Shown piece after piece: positions 50,133 to 60,142 of a stretch of 64,000 nt of DNA. The stretch covers positions 3,278 to 67,277 of the forward strand of contig CAMNBZ010000011.1 of NCBI GenBank assembly GCA_946533675.1, given 5' to 3'. A program made the translations under genes and the position numbers. The number at the start of each line of letters is the position of its first letter. Position 1 is the stretch's first letter. Origin of the DNA: an uncultured Verrucomicrobiota bacterium (GTDB lineage Bacteria; Verrucomicrobiota; Kiritimatiellia; RFP12; UBA1067). The notes beneath the pieces were generated by a model. That model was not told where the DNA came from, ran no database searches, and worked only from the letters and a program-made list of their open reading frames with translations.

Positions 50133-51293
50133 ATGAAGGCGAAGACGTTCATAGACCAGGTGGAGGTGCTGGTGCGCAGCGGCAAGGGCGGCGACGGCGC
50201 GATGTCGTTCCGGCGCGAGGCGCTCGTCGAGTTCGGCGGCCCCGACGGCGGTGACGGCGCGCGCGGTGGCGACGTCATCTTCGCGGCGAGCGAGCACGTC
50301 AATTCACTCCTCTCCCTTTATTACGACCCCAAGTGCTTCGCGCAGGACGGCGGGCCGGGCCAGGGCCAGAAGATGTACGGCAAGCGCGGCAGGGATCTCG
50401 TCGTGCCCGTGCCGCTCGGCACCGAGGTCTACGACGCGGAGACGGGGCTCTTCGTCGCCGACATCACCGAGCCGGGCCAGCGCGTCATCGTTGCGAAGGG
50501 CGGCGCGGGCGGCTTCGGCAACGTCCACTTCAAGTCGTCCGTCAACCAGGCGCCGACCGAGCACACGCCCGGCGGCCCCGCGGAGGAGCGGCGGCTCAGG
50601 CTGGAGCTGAAGACGATCGCCGACGCGGGGCTCCTCGGCTTCCCGAACGCGGGCAAGAGCTCGCTCCTGACGGCGCTCTCGTCCGCGACGCCGAAGATCG
50701 CGAACTATCCGTTCACGACGCTCAACCCCATCGTCGGCACGATCGTCTACGACGACTGGGCGAAGATCGCGATGGCCGACGTGCCCGGCATCATCGAAGG
50801 CGCGGCGAAGGGCGTCGGGCTCGGGCTCGCGTTTCTCAAGCACCTCGAGCGCTCGAAGGTTCTCATTTACGTCATCGACATGGCGGGCACGGACGACCGC
50901 GCGCCGTGGACGGACTACGCGGTCCTCAAGAAGGAGATCGAGGAATATTCGATGGAACTCGCCGAGCGGCCGAGCCTCGTCGTCGCGAACAAGATGGATG
51001 ACGCGGCCGCCCCCGGCAACCTCGCGCGCTTCATCGACGAGACGGGCGTGAAGCCCCTCGCGATCTCGTGCGAAACGCGCGACGGGCTCGACGCGTTCAA
51101 GGCGGCGCTGCGGGATCTCGTGCAGCCGCAGTCGAAATTCCACCACACCCACGCCGCGCACGGCCTGGACCTGAAGGACATGCCGGACACGACGGGTGCG
51201 GAGATTCCCGCCGAGGCGATGAAGTTCGCGACGTTCCTGAAGCTGGAGAAGCCCAAGGCGAAGTCGCACCCGTCGCGCGGCAACATCCACTGA
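50133..51293 (+). CDS. obgE: GTPase Obg
   Basis: FIDQV, GGPDGGDG, GFPNAGKSS, YPFTTL, DVPG, NKMD. Confidence 0.96.
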   Translation: MKAKTFIDQVEVLVRSGKGGDGAMSFRREALVEFGGPDGGDGARGGDVIFAASEHVNSLLSLYYDPKCFAQDGGPGQGQKMYGKRGRDLVVPVPLGTEVYDAETGLFVADITEPGQRVIVAKGGAGGFGNVHFKSSVNQAPTEHTPGGPAEERRLRLELKTIADAGLLGFPNAGKSSLLTALSSATPKIANYPFTTLNPIVGTIVYDDWAKIAMADVPGIIEGAAKGVGLGLAFLKHLERSKVLIYVIDMAGTDDRAPWTDYAVLKKEIEEYSMELAERPSLVVANKMDDAAAPGNLARFIDETGVKPLAISCETRDGLDAFKAALRDLVQPQSKFHHTHAAHGLDLKDMPDTTGAEIPAEAMKFATFLKLEKPKAKSHPSRGNIH

Positions 51294-51328
51294 TTTCATT
51301 CCCTCAAACCCCTACGAAAGGAGTACCC

Positions 51329-51724
51329 ATGAAGATCAAGAGTCTGGTAATCTGCGCGGCGCTGGCGGTGGCGTCGGCCGTCGCGTCGGGCGCGGAGGCG
51401 CGGCTGGTGCAGGCGGACGGACCGAACTATCCGCGGGCGGACAGGTTCGTGACGCCGCTTTCCTGCTGTCTGGCGACGCCGGTGGCGCTGCCGTGGGGCG
51501 CCGACTGGGACGTGTGCGGGCTGCAGGCCGGCATCCTCTACAACGATGTCTCGCACATGACGGGACTTCAGATCGGGCTCTTTAACGTCACGGACTTCTG
51601 CTGCGGCGTGCAGTTCGGGCTCGTGAACGTCACGCGCCGGATGATGGGCGTGCAGATCGGGCTCGTCAACGTGATCCAGGAAAGCGACGTCACGTTCCTG
51701 CCGATCCTCAACGCCTATTTCTGA
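51329..51724 (+). CDS. Secreted protein with G(L/V)Q.G..N repeats (LA_2272-like)
   Basis: AAGGAG RBS, signal peptide, four repeat units, C-terminal Phe. Confidence 0.75.
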   Translation: MKIKSLVICAALAVASAVASGAEARLVQADGPNYPRADRFVTPLSCCLATPVALPWGADWDVCGLQAGILYNDVSHMTGLQIGLFNVTDFCCGVQFGLVNVTRRMMGVQIGLVNVIQESDVTFLPILNAYF

Positions 51725-51749
51725 TCCACACGGAGAAAGGAACATCAGC

Positions 51750-52898
51750 ATGAAGAAGATTCTGTCAGTTGCATGCGCGGCGCTCGCGGGCCTCGCGCTT
51801 CAGGCCCAGGAGGCCGCCGCCTGGTCGACGACGGCGACGACCGTCGTCAAGAACGTCACGACGACCATCGTCGAGCAGGTGTCGTACGAGGTGCAGCAGA
51901 GCGCGCCGAAGAAGATCGCCGTGTTCGTGCAGAACCGCACGCGCGTCGCCGGGATGGACGACGAGATCGACGGCGTGCGCGACCGCCTCGGCGCGGCGCT
52001 CGCCGAGGTGGACGGCTTCGAGGTCGTCGATTCGGCTCAGGTCGCCGACGCCTTCACCCGTTACAAGGTCAGCGCGGCCGATGAGCGCGCGGGCCTCGTC
52101 GCCGGCGTCTTCACGGGCGGGTCGGTGCCGCGCATCGCCCAGATGCTCGGCTGCGACTACATCGCCGCCGCGACGGTGGTGAGCGCGACCGCGAACAAGC
52201 GTCCCCTCGGCGGGCGTCTGAGCACCGTCTTCACGCTGCGCATGACGCTGAAGGTGATGGACGCGACCGGCGCGAGCGTCGACGGCCTGCCGACGTGGGT
52301 GCGCCAGCTGCCGATCCTCGACGCGGGCGACGCGGACGCGATGGACTACTACCAGATGCTCTTCGACCAGTGGGCGACCGACGTGACGAAGGCGGTCGCG
52401 GCGAAGGCCCCGCGCTGGCGCCGGCCGGCGGCAGTCGCCGCGCCCGTGCCGTTCACGGTCACGACGACGATCGACGACGTGGTCGCCGCGCTCGAGAGCC
52501 AGACGAAGGGCACGCAGGGCGAGCAGCTGCAGGAGCTGCGCCGCGTCGTCGGCGGCGCGACGATCGAGCTGGACGGCGCGGTCATCGGCTCGGCGCCCGG
52601 CAGCTTCCGCGCGACGCCCGGGCTCCATCAGCTGCGCGTGACGCGCGAGTGGATGAAGCCGTACGCGGCGACGGTCACCGTCTACGAGGGGCTGGCGCTC
52701 CAGATCGCGCTCGAAATGAGCGACGAGGGCATCGCCAAGTGGGGCGGCGTCGAGGCGCTCCGCGCCGATGTCGCCCGGCGCTATGCGGATGCGGCGCGCG
52801 AACGCGGCGTCAAGATCAACGTGAACCTCGATTCCTCCGGCTGGCACGACGTCGGCACGGGAGATGCCGGTTCCGTCATCAACAACATCGTCCGCTAG
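51750..52898 (+). CDS. Secreted PEGA-domain protein
   Basis: Signal peptide; ATIELDGAVIGSAP...PGLHQLRVTREW PEGA-like motif. Confidence 0.7.
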   Translation: MKKILSVACAALAGLALQAQEAAAWSTTATTVVKNVTTTIVEQVSYEVQQSAPKKIAVFVQNRTRVAGMDDEIDGVRDRLGAALAEVDGFEVVDSAQVADAFTRYKVSAADERAGLVAGVFTGGSVPRIAQMLGCDYIAAATVVSATANKRPLGGRLSTVFTLRMTLKVMDATGASVDGLPTWVRQLPILDAGDADAMDYYQMLFDQWATDVTKAVAAKAPRWRRPAAVAAPVPFTVTTTIDDVVAALESQTKGTQGEQLQELRRVVGGATIELDGAVIGSAPGSFRATPGLHQLRVTREWMKPYAATVTVYEGLALQIALEMSDEGIAKWGGVEALRADVARRYADAARERGVKINVNLDSSGWHDVGTGDAGSVINNIVR

Positions 52899-52907
52899 GG
52901 TGCGCCG

Positions 52908-54215
52908 ATGACGGCCCGTGTCCATCCGTGGATTCTGGCGGCGGCCGGCGCGGCGGCGCTGGCGACGGGCTGCGTCTCGGTCGACCGCGACGCGGCGCGC
53001 GCCGTCGATGCGCTCCGGCGCGGCGACAGCGCCCCGGCGCTCGCGTGGAGCGGCGAACTCGCGCGCGACAGCCTCTATTCGAAGACGCTCGGCACGGTGG
53101 AGCTCGCCCGCGTGAACATGCTCGCGGGCAACGACGCGGCGGCGGCCGACGCGTATCGCGCGGCGGTGGACACGGCGGTCGACCGCAGGGAATCGGCGCC
53201 CGTCATCCGGCTCGGCGACGTCGGCAACACGGTGCTCGCCTCGACGGTCACGGACGACCGCACGCGGCAGTATCAGCTCGCGCCGTACGAGCTCAACCTC
53301 GCGCTCGAGCACGGCATCGTGACGCAGGCGGCGGCCGGCCGGCGCGAGGACGCGCTCGTCGACTGCCGGCTCGCCGTCTACGTGCAGGACAATCTGGCCG
53401 AGACGTACGGCGCGGACGCGGTGAAGGCGCAGACGTCGACCAATTCCCTGGCGCAGAGCCTCTACGACAGCAACGCGGCGGCGCTCAACGAGCTGATCGC
53501 GGCGACGCGCAACTCGTGGGAGAATCCGGTCCTCTGGTGGCTGACGGGTGTTCTCTTCGAGGCGGACGGCGAATTCGACAGCGCGCAGCAGAGCTACCGC
53601 AAGGCGGCGGCGATCCGTCCCGACTGCCCCGTCTTCGCGGCGGATGCGGCGCGCGCGGCGCGGACGCCGGCGGCCGGCCGGGCGAAGCTCGCGGTCATCG
53701 TCGGCGACGGCTTCGTCTCGCGGCGGCAGTCGCTCAAGGTGCCGATTCCGATCTACACGGGCATGTCGTTCGACATGCCGATGTACAGGGACGCGGCGTA
53801 CGTGCCGCGGCAGGTGGCGCTGACGGTCGGCGGGCGGGCGGCGGGCGTCGCCGCGCCCGCGCTCAACATCCAGTCGCTCGCCTCGCGCGACCTGAAGGAG
53901 CACATGCCGGGCGTGATCGCCCGCAACCTGACGCGGGCCGCCGTCCAGGCGGGCGCGCAGGCGGCGGTCAACGCGGCCGGCAACGACTACGCGAAGCTCG
54001 CCGTCTTCGTCGGCAACGCGGTCGTCTCGGCGCTCCGCGCGGCCGATCTGCGCAGCTGGGTGACGCTGCCGCAGGGCGAACAGGTGTATGTCGCGCACGA
54101 TCTCGCGCCGGGCGTGTACGACGTGCGCGCCACGGCAGGCCCGTTCTTCACGGCGCAGACCGTCGCGCTGAAGCCGGGCGAAACGAAAGTCATTTACCTC
54201 AACCTCATGGAGTAA
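52908..54215 (+). CDS. COG3014-like lipoprotein
   Basis: Lipobox LATGC, YQLAPYE, ADLRSWVTLP; upstream of ycfL-lpoB-like genes. Confidence 0.75.
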   Translation: MTARVHPWILAAAGAAALATGCVSVDRDAARAVDALRRGDSAPALAWSGELARDSLYSKTLGTVELARVNMLAGNDAAAADAYRAAVDTAVDRRESAPVIRLGDVGNTVLASTVTDDRTRQYQLAPYELNLALEHGIVTQAAAGRREDALVDCRLAVYVQDNLAETYGADAVKAQTSTNSLAQSLYDSNAAALNELIAATRNSWENPVLWWLTGVLFEADGEFDSAQQSYRKAAAIRPDCPVFAADAARAARTPAAGRAKLAVIVGDGFVSRRQSLKVPIPIYTGMSFDMPMYRDAAYVPRQVALTVGGRAAGVAAPALNIQSLASRDLKEHMPGVIARNLTRAAVQAGAQAAVNAAGNDYAKLAVFVGNAVVSALRAADLRSWVTLPQGEQVYVAHDLAPGVYDVRATAGPFFTAQTVALKPGETKVIYLNLME

Positions 54216-54222
54216 AAAAACG

Positions 54223-54636
54223 ATGAAAACACTCACGACACTGGCTGTGGCGGCCGCCCTCGCGCTGGGCGTCGCCGGATGCGTGGAAACCGCGGGCACG
54301 CGGGTGACGATCAACACCGACACGGGCGACGCGTCGGTGCTCGAATGCTCGACTCGGCTGGCGGGCAAGATGCGCGTCGCGCGCATCACCTACGGCGACG
54401 TCGCGGGCATCCGCAAGGCGACGGTGACGCTCGAATCGCAGACGCACCGGCGGCTCGAGCTCCAGGCGCGCCTGGTGTGGGCGGACGCCGACGGCACCGA
54501 TATCGACGCGGACGCCAAGCCGTTCCGCGCGCTCGTGCTGGACGGCATGGACGTGACCACCGTCACGGGCCTCGCGCCGAACGACCGCTGCGTGACGGCG
54601 CGTCTCCAGGTCCGCGAGACCGACACCGCCGACTGA
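54223..54636 (+). CDS. YcfL/DUF1425-like lipoprotein
   Basis: Lipobox VAGC, W.DADG motif; gene context. Confidence 0.7.
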   Translation: MKTLTTLAVAAALALGVAGCVETAGTRVTINTDTGDASVLECSTRLAGKMRVARITYGDVAGIRKATVTLESQTHRRLELQARLVWADADGTDIDADAKPFRALVLDGMDVTTVTGLAPNDRCVTARLQVRETDTAD

Positions 54637-54667
54637 ACAACCGACCGTTAACGAAAGGAACAGAAAA

Positions 54668-55255
54668 ATGAAAGCAATTCTGATTGGAACCGCCGCCGCC
54701 CTGCTGCTGGCCGGCTGCGCCACCCCGACCGCGCGCGAGACGCAGCTCGACCGCCGCGCGCTGACCGCCGCGCTGGAGCCGCAGGACGTGCGCCGCACGG
54801 TGGAGAAGATGGTCGATTCGATGCTCGCCGACCAGGAGTTCATCCAGGAGGTCGGCGGCAGCCGTCCGGTGCTCGACATCTCGGGCATCAAGAACCGCTC
54901 GACGATGCACATCGACATGACGTCGATCACCGACTCGATCCGCACGAAGCTCCTGCGCTCGCGCCGCTTCCGCTTCATGGACCGCACGACGGCCGCCGAC
55001 GACCTGGCGTTCATGAACGACCAGGCGCTCAACGGCATGACCGATCCGACGAAGGCGGTGCAGACGGGCCAGCAGTCGGCCGCGCAGATGTACCTCTACG
55101 GCGCGCTCACCGAGATGCGCCAGCAGGTCGGCGGCGTCACGGACCGCTACTACAAGTTCACGCTCAACCTCAAGGATCTCCAGTCCGGCGAGATCATCTG
55201 GAGCGACGAACAGGAGATCCGCAAGGAGCAGACCCGCTCGACGTTCGGGCTGTAG
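54668..55255 (+). CDS. lpoB: Penicillin-binding protein activator LpoB-like lipoprotein
   Basis: Lipobox LAGC, IKNRSTMHID, LKDLQSGEIIWSDE..IRK. Confidence 0.8.
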   Translation: MKAILIGTAAALLLAGCATPTARETQLDRRALTAALEPQDVRRTVEKMVDSMLADQEFIQEVGGSRPVLDISGIKNRSTMHIDMTSITDSIRTKLLRSRRFRFMDRTTAADDLAFMNDQALNGMTDPTKAVQTGQQSAAQMYLYGALTEMRQQVGGVTDRYYKFTLNLKDLQSGEIIWSDEQEIRKEQTRSTFGL

Positions 55256-55264
55256 GCGCGCGCG

Positions 55265-56038
55265 ATGAAGAAATGGAACGTGGCCAGCGTCCGCGCCGCG
55301 AAGGGCGTGCAGAAGCTGGGGTGCTGCACCGCGTATGACGCGTGTTTCGCGCGTCTCGCGGATGCGGCGGGCGTGCCGATCCTCCTGGTCGGCGACTCGA
55401 TGGGCAACAACGTCCTCGGCTACGCGACGACGCTGCCCGTCACGATCGAAGAGACGCTGTCGGCGACGGCGGCCGTCGCGCGCGGCGCGAAGGACGCGCT
55501 CGTGGTGGCGGATCTGCCGTTCGGCAGCTACCAGTGCGGCGACGACCGCGCCGTGGCGAACGCCGTCAGGTGCCTCCAGGCGGGCGCGGACGCCGTCAAG
55601 CTCGAAGGCGGCGAAGCGTTCGCGCCGCTCATCAAGCGGCTGACGACGGCGGGGATCCCCGTCCTCGCGCACGTCGGGATGATGCCGCAGAGCGTCAACG
55701 CGTACGGCGGCTTCCGGAAGCAGGGCAAGACGAGCGAAGCGGCCGCGCAGGTGATGCGCGACGCGCGCGCGGTCGAGGCGGCGGGCGCGTTCGCGGTCAC
55801 GCTCGAATGCATTCCGTCCGCGCTCGCGGCCGAGATCACGGCCGCGCTCAAGATCGTCACGATCGGCGTGGGCGCGGGTCCCTCGTGCGACGCGCAGTGG
55901 CTCGTGATGCACGATCTCCTGGGACTCAACGAAACGCCGCCGCCGTTCGCGAAGAAGTACGCCGCGCTCGCGGAAACCGTCCGCGGCGCTTTTGCCGCGT
56001 ACGTCGCCGACGTCGCCGCCGGACGCTTTCCGGCGTGA
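55265..56038 (+). CDS. panB: 3-methyl-2-oxobutanoate hydroxymethyltransferase
   Basis: TAYD, LVGDSMG, ADLPFGSY, VKLEGG, HDLLG. Confidence 0.95.
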   Translation: MKKWNVASVRAAKGVQKLGCCTAYDACFARLADAAGVPILLVGDSMGNNVLGYATTLPVTIEETLSATAAVARGAKDALVVADLPFGSYQCGDDRAVANAVRCLQAGADAVKLEGGEAFAPLIKRLTTAGIPVLAHVGMMPQSVNAYGGFRKQGKTSEAAAQVMRDARAVEAAGAFAVTLECIPSALAAEITAALKIVTIGVGAGPSCDAQWLVMHDLLGLNETPPPFAKKYAALAETVRGAFAAYVADVAAGRFPA

Positions 56039-56061
56039 GGCCGGCGCGCGAGGAAAAGAAG

Positions 56062-56733
56062 ATGGACAGTCTGAACAGCTACATCGACCACACGTTTCTC
56101 AAGGCGGCGGGCGACGCAGGCGCCGTGCGGCAGCTCTGCCGCGAGGCGAAGAAATACGCGTTCGCGTCCGTCTGCGTCAACCCGTGCGAGGTGAAGCGCG
56201 CGGCGCGCCTCCTGAAGGGCTCGCCCGTCAAGGTCTGCACCGTCGTCGGCTTCCCGCTCGGGCAGAACGCGACGGCCGTCAAGCTGACGGAGGGCGTGCA
56301 GGCGATCCGCGACGGCGCGGCGGAGCTCGACCTCGTCATCAACGTCCGCCTTTTGAAGTACGATCCGGCGGCGTGCCGGGCCGAACTCGATGATTTCGTC
56401 GGTCTCTGCCGCGCGGCGCGGCCCGACGTCGTGTTGAAGCTCATCATCGAATGCTGCTATCTGACGGACGCGGAGAAGACGGCGGCGTGCCGGATGGCGA
56501 AGGCGGCGGGCTTCGATTTCGTCAAGACGTCGACGGGCTTCGGCACGGGCGGCGCGACGGTGCACGACGTGAAGCTGATGCGCCGGGCGGTCGGCCGGAA
56601 GATGGGCGTCAAGGCCGCCGGCGGCATCCGCACGCGCGCGGAGGCGGAGGCGCTGATCGCGGCGGGCGCGACGCGCCTGGGCTGCTCGTGCGGCGTGGCG
56701 CTCGTGACGGCACCCGACGGCGGCAAAAAATGA
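56062..56733 (+). CDS. deoC: Deoxyribose-phosphate aldolase
   Basis: IDHTFLK, VGFPLG, FVKTSTGF, KAAGGIR. Confidence 0.95.
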   Translation: MDSLNSYIDHTFLKAAGDAGAVRQLCREAKKYAFASVCVNPCEVKRAARLLKGSPVKVCTVVGFPLGQNATAVKLTEGVQAIRDGAAELDLVINVRLLKYDPAACRAELDDFVGLCRAARPDVVLKLIIECCYLTDAEKTAACRMAKAAGFDFVKTSTGFGTGGATVHDVKLMRRAVGRKMGVKAAGGIRTRAEAEALIAAGATRLGCSCGVALVTAPDGGKK

Positions 56734-56749
56734 TATACTAAAGGAAACG

Positions 56750-58333
56750 ATGAAGAACGACACGGACGAGATCCTTTTCCCGCCCCCCGGAAAGACGCCC
56801 CGCGACGACACGGCGGCGGTCATGAAGTTCTACAAGCTCGCGAAATCGTTTCCGCGCGAGGTGCTGGCGGAGGCGAAGGAGGTCGCGGCGCGCGCGAAGG
56901 GGGCGCGGCGCGGCAGGCGGCTCGACCTGCGCAAGAAATTCATCTTCACGTGCGACCCGGTGACGGCGCGCGACTACGACGACGCGCTCTCGTTCGAGAA
57001 GGATCTGCGCGGCAACCGCATCCTCGGCGTGCACATCGCGGACGTCTCGCATTTCGTCCGGCCCGGCGGCGCGCTCGACAAGGAGGCGTACAAGCGCGCG
57101 ACGAGCGTCTACCTCGCGACCCAGGTCGTGCCGATGCTGCCGGAGGCGCTCTCGAACGGCGTCTGCTCGCTCGTCCCGGGGGAGGACCGCCTGACGTTCA
57201 GCGTCTTCATGACGTTCGACAAGTCGGGCCGGATGATCAAGCGCACGTTCGCGAAGTCGGTCATCAACTCCAAGGCGCGCTTCACGTACGAACAGGTGAT
57301 GCGGATCCTCGCGGGCGGCCCGCACCGGGAGGCCCGGCGCATCCGCGCGATCCACGCGCTCGCGCAGCAGCTGCGCGCGGCGCGGTTCGCGGCGGGCGCG
57401 CTCGACATCGCGATCCCCGAGGCGGAGGTGCTTCTGGACGACGAGGGCGAGATGACGGGGATCGTGACGCGCCCCTACGACGAATCGCACCAGATGATCG
57501 AGGAGTGCATGGTCGCGGCGAACGAGGCGGTGGCGACGGAGCTGTGGACGAAGGGCGTCAAGATCGTCGCGCGCCTGCATGAGCCGCCGGACCCGGAGAA
57601 GATCCAGCTGCTGCGCGAGGAGATGCGCTCTCTCGGCGTCAAGGTGGGCGCGATCGAGAACCCGAAGGTCTTCGCGCAGCTCCTCCAGACGATCAAGAAG
57701 AGCCCCCTCTACCCGACGCTCGCGACGATGGTGCTGCGGTCGATGAAGCGCGCCGTGTACGCGTCGTCGGACATCGGCCACTTCGGCCTCGCCAAGAAGT
57801 TCTACGCGCATTTCACGTCGCCCATCCGGCGCTATCCGGACTTGACGCTCCACCGGCAGCTGGCGGACTACCTCGCCCGGCCGGCGTCGGCGCGTCGGCC
57901 GCCGGCGCTCCTGGCGAAGTGGGCGGAGCACGCGACCGAGCGCGAGCAGATCGCGACGGACGCCGAGCGCGGGCTCGTGGAGATCAAGAAGTTCCGGCTC
58001 ATGGAGGCGCAGCTCGCTTCGCGGCAGATTCTCGACTACGACGCCGTCATCGTCAAGTGCCGGCCGTTCGGGTGCTTCGTGGAGATTCCCGAGCTCGCGG
58101 TCTCGGGGCTCGTGCACGTGAGCCAGCTGTCGCGCCGGTTTGTCCGTTTCAACGAATACGATCACAGTCTCAGCGCGCCCGGCGGGGGGAGCTGGCGCGT
58201 CGGCGACCGGCTGAAGGTGCAGGTCGCGAAAGTGGATTTCCGCGAACGGCGGATCGATTTCACACCGGCGGGCCGTTCCGCCGGCCAACCCCGCAGGGAA
58301 AGGACAAGACGCACATGGAACTCTCCATCCTGA
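56750..58333 (+). CDS. RNase R/II family exoribonuclease (RNB + S1, N-terminally short)
   Basis: DPVTARDYDDA, HIADVSH, IEECMVAANE, HFTSPIRRYPDL..HR, C-terminal S1 domain. Confidence 0.9.
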   Translation: MKNDTDEILFPPPGKTPRDDTAAVMKFYKLAKSFPREVLAEAKEVAARAKGARRGRRLDLRKKFIFTCDPVTARDYDDALSFEKDLRGNRILGVHIADVSHFVRPGGALDKEAYKRATSVYLATQVVPMLPEALSNGVCSLVPGEDRLTFSVFMTFDKSGRMIKRTFAKSVINSKARFTYEQVMRILAGGPHREARRIRAIHALAQQLRAARFAAGALDIAIPEAEVLLDDEGEMTGIVTRPYDESHQMIEECMVAANEAVATELWTKGVKIVARLHEPPDPEKIQLLREEMRSLGVKVGAIENPKVFAQLLQTIKKSPLYPTLATMVLRSMKRAVYASSDIGHFGLAKKFYAHFTSPIRRYPDLTLHRQLADYLARPASARRPPALLAKWAEHATEREQIATDAERGLVEIKKFRLMEAQLASRQILDYDAVIVKCRPFGCFVEIPELAVSGLVHVSQLSRRFVRFNEYDHSLSAPGGGSWRVGDRLKVQVAKVDFRERRIDFTPAGRSAGQPRRERTRRTWNSPS

Positions 58334-59427
58334 TCAACAAGTTCAACATCAAGGGGCGCCTGGTCTCGCTCCAGCCGTTCGGCAACGGCAACATCAACGA
58401 CACCTTCCTCGCCATCTACCGCAACACGTTCAGCGAGACGCAGGTCATCCTCCAGCGCATCAACCGCGCCGTCTTCCCGCGCCCCGAGGAGATCATGCAG
58501 AACATGCACGAGGTGACGAAGCACTGCCACGAGAAGCTGGAGGCCGACGCCGAGAGCGGCCGCGACGACCGCGTCTGGCAGATGCCGCGCATCATCAAGT
58601 CGAAGGAGTCGAAGGACTACGTGACGGACGACAAGGGCGAGGTGTGGCGCGTCATCACGCGCATCATGAGCGCGCACGCGTTCGACCTCGCGCAGGGGCC
58701 GGAGCACGCGATGGAGTGCGGCGCGGCGCTCGGCCACTTCCACTACCTCATCAGCGACATGGATCCCGAGACGATCAAGGATCCGCTGCCCGGCTTCCAC
58801 ATCACCTCGCAGTATCTCGCCGCCTACGACCGGACGCTCGAGTCGGCGGACGCGAAGGAGCTGCTCGGCGCGTCGATGGAGGCCAAGCGCATGGCGAAGT
58901 TCATCGAGGAGCGGCGCGATCTGGCGCTCTGCCTGGAGCAGGCGGAGGCGAAGGGCGAGCTCGCCCGGCGCATGTTCCACGGCGACCCGAAGGTGAACAA
59001 CATCATGATCGACGACGTGACCGGGAAGGGCACGGCGATGATCGACCTCGACACGGTGAGCCCGGGCCTCATCCACATCGACTTCGGCGACGCGCTGCGG
59101 TCCATCTGCAACCCGGCGGGCGAAGAGGAGACGAACCTTGCGAAGGTCGTCTTCGACGAGGACCTCTGCACGGCGTTCTGCAAGGGCTACATGCGCGAGG
59201 CGGGCGCGTTCCTGACCGACGCCGAGCGCGAGTACCTCTTCGATTCGATCCGCCTGCTGCCGTTCGAGCTGGGGCTCCGCTTCTTCCAGGACTACCTCGC
59301 GGGCGACGTCTACTTCAAGGTGAAGCAGCCGGAGCAGAACCTCAACCGCGCGCGCGTCCAGTTCCGCCTGTGCGAGTCGATCGAAGCGCGCGAGCGCTCC
59401 ATCCGCAATCTTCTGAAGAAGCTGTAA
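58315..59427 (+). CDS. APH-family phosphotransferase (N-acetylhexosamine 1-kinase-like)
   Basis: GNGNINDTF, LQRIN..VF, HGDPKVNN, IDLDTV, DFGD. Confidence 0.82.
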   Translation: MELSILINKFNIKGRLVSLQPFGNGNINDTFLAIYRNTFSETQVILQRINRAVFPRPEEIMQNMHEVTKHCHEKLEADAESGRDDRVWQMPRIIKSKESKDYVTDDKGEVWRVITRIMSAHAFDLAQGPEHAMECGAALGHFHYLISDMDPETIKDPLPGFHITSQYLAAYDRTLESADAKELLGASMEAKRMAKFIEERRDLALCLEQAEAKGELARRMFHGDPKVNNIMIDDVTGKGTAMIDLDTVSPGLIHIDFGDALRSICNPAGEEETNLAKVVFDEDLCTAFCKGYMREAGAFLTDAEREYLFDSIRLLPFELGLRFFQDYLAGDVYFKVKQPEQNLNRARVQFRLCESIEARERSIRNLLKKL

Positions 59428-59458
59428 GGCGCCGCGTGCGCCGGGACCGGAGGACCGC

Positions 59459-60142
59459 ATGAATCACGCGATCGACAATCTGGGCTTCGCCCGCGTGGAC
59501 GTGGACCGGCAGACGCGGCAGGGCGTCGGCGAGGTCGTCTACGGCGCGGGCAAGAGCGCGGCGCAGATCGTCGAGATCCTCCGCTCGCTCGCCGCGCACG
59601 GCCAGTCGCCCGCGCTCGTCACGCGGCTCGACGCGGCGAAGGCGGCGGCGGTCGCGGCGGCGATGGGCGCGGACTTCACGTATTTCGCGGATGCGCATCT
59701 CGGCCGTCTCGGCGCGAACCGCCCGGCCGACGGCCGCGGCACGATCGCCGTCGCCTGCGGCGGCACGAGCGATCTCCCGGTGGCGGAGGAGGCGGCGCGC
59801 ACGGCCGAGGCGCTCGGCAACACGGTCGTGCGGCTCTACGACGTCGGCGTGGCGGGCCTCCACCGGCTCCTCGCGTGTTCGGACGCGCTGAAGGCGGCAC
59901 GCGTCGTCATCGCGGTCGCCGGCATGGAAGGGGCGCTGCCGAGCGTCATCGGCGGTCTCGTCGCCGCGCCGGTCATCGCGGTGCCGACGAGCGTGGGCTA
60001 CGGCGCGTCGTTCGGCGGCGTGGCGGCGCTTCTCGCGATGCTCAATTCGTGCGCGGCGGGCGTGAGCGTCGTCAACATCGACAACGGCTTCGGCGCGGGA
60101 TTCCTCGCCAGCCGCATCAACCATCTGGGAGAGGCGACATGA
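59459..60142 (+). CDS. larB: Nickel-pincer cofactor biosynthesis protein LarB
   Basis: GTSDLPVAEEA, DVGVAGLHRL, AGMEGALPSV, PTSVGYG, VVNIDNGFGA. Confidence 0.93.
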   Translation: MNHAIDNLGFARVDVDRQTRQGVGEVVYGAGKSAAQIVEILRSLAAHGQSPALVTRLDAAKAAAVAAAMGADFTYFADAHLGRLGANRPADGRGTIAVACGGTSDLPVAEEAARTAEALGNTVVRLYDVGVAGLHRLLACSDALKAARVVIAVAGMEGALPSVIGGLVAAPVIAVPTSVGYGASFGGVAALLAMLNSCAAGVSVVNIDNGFGAGFLASRINHLGEAT

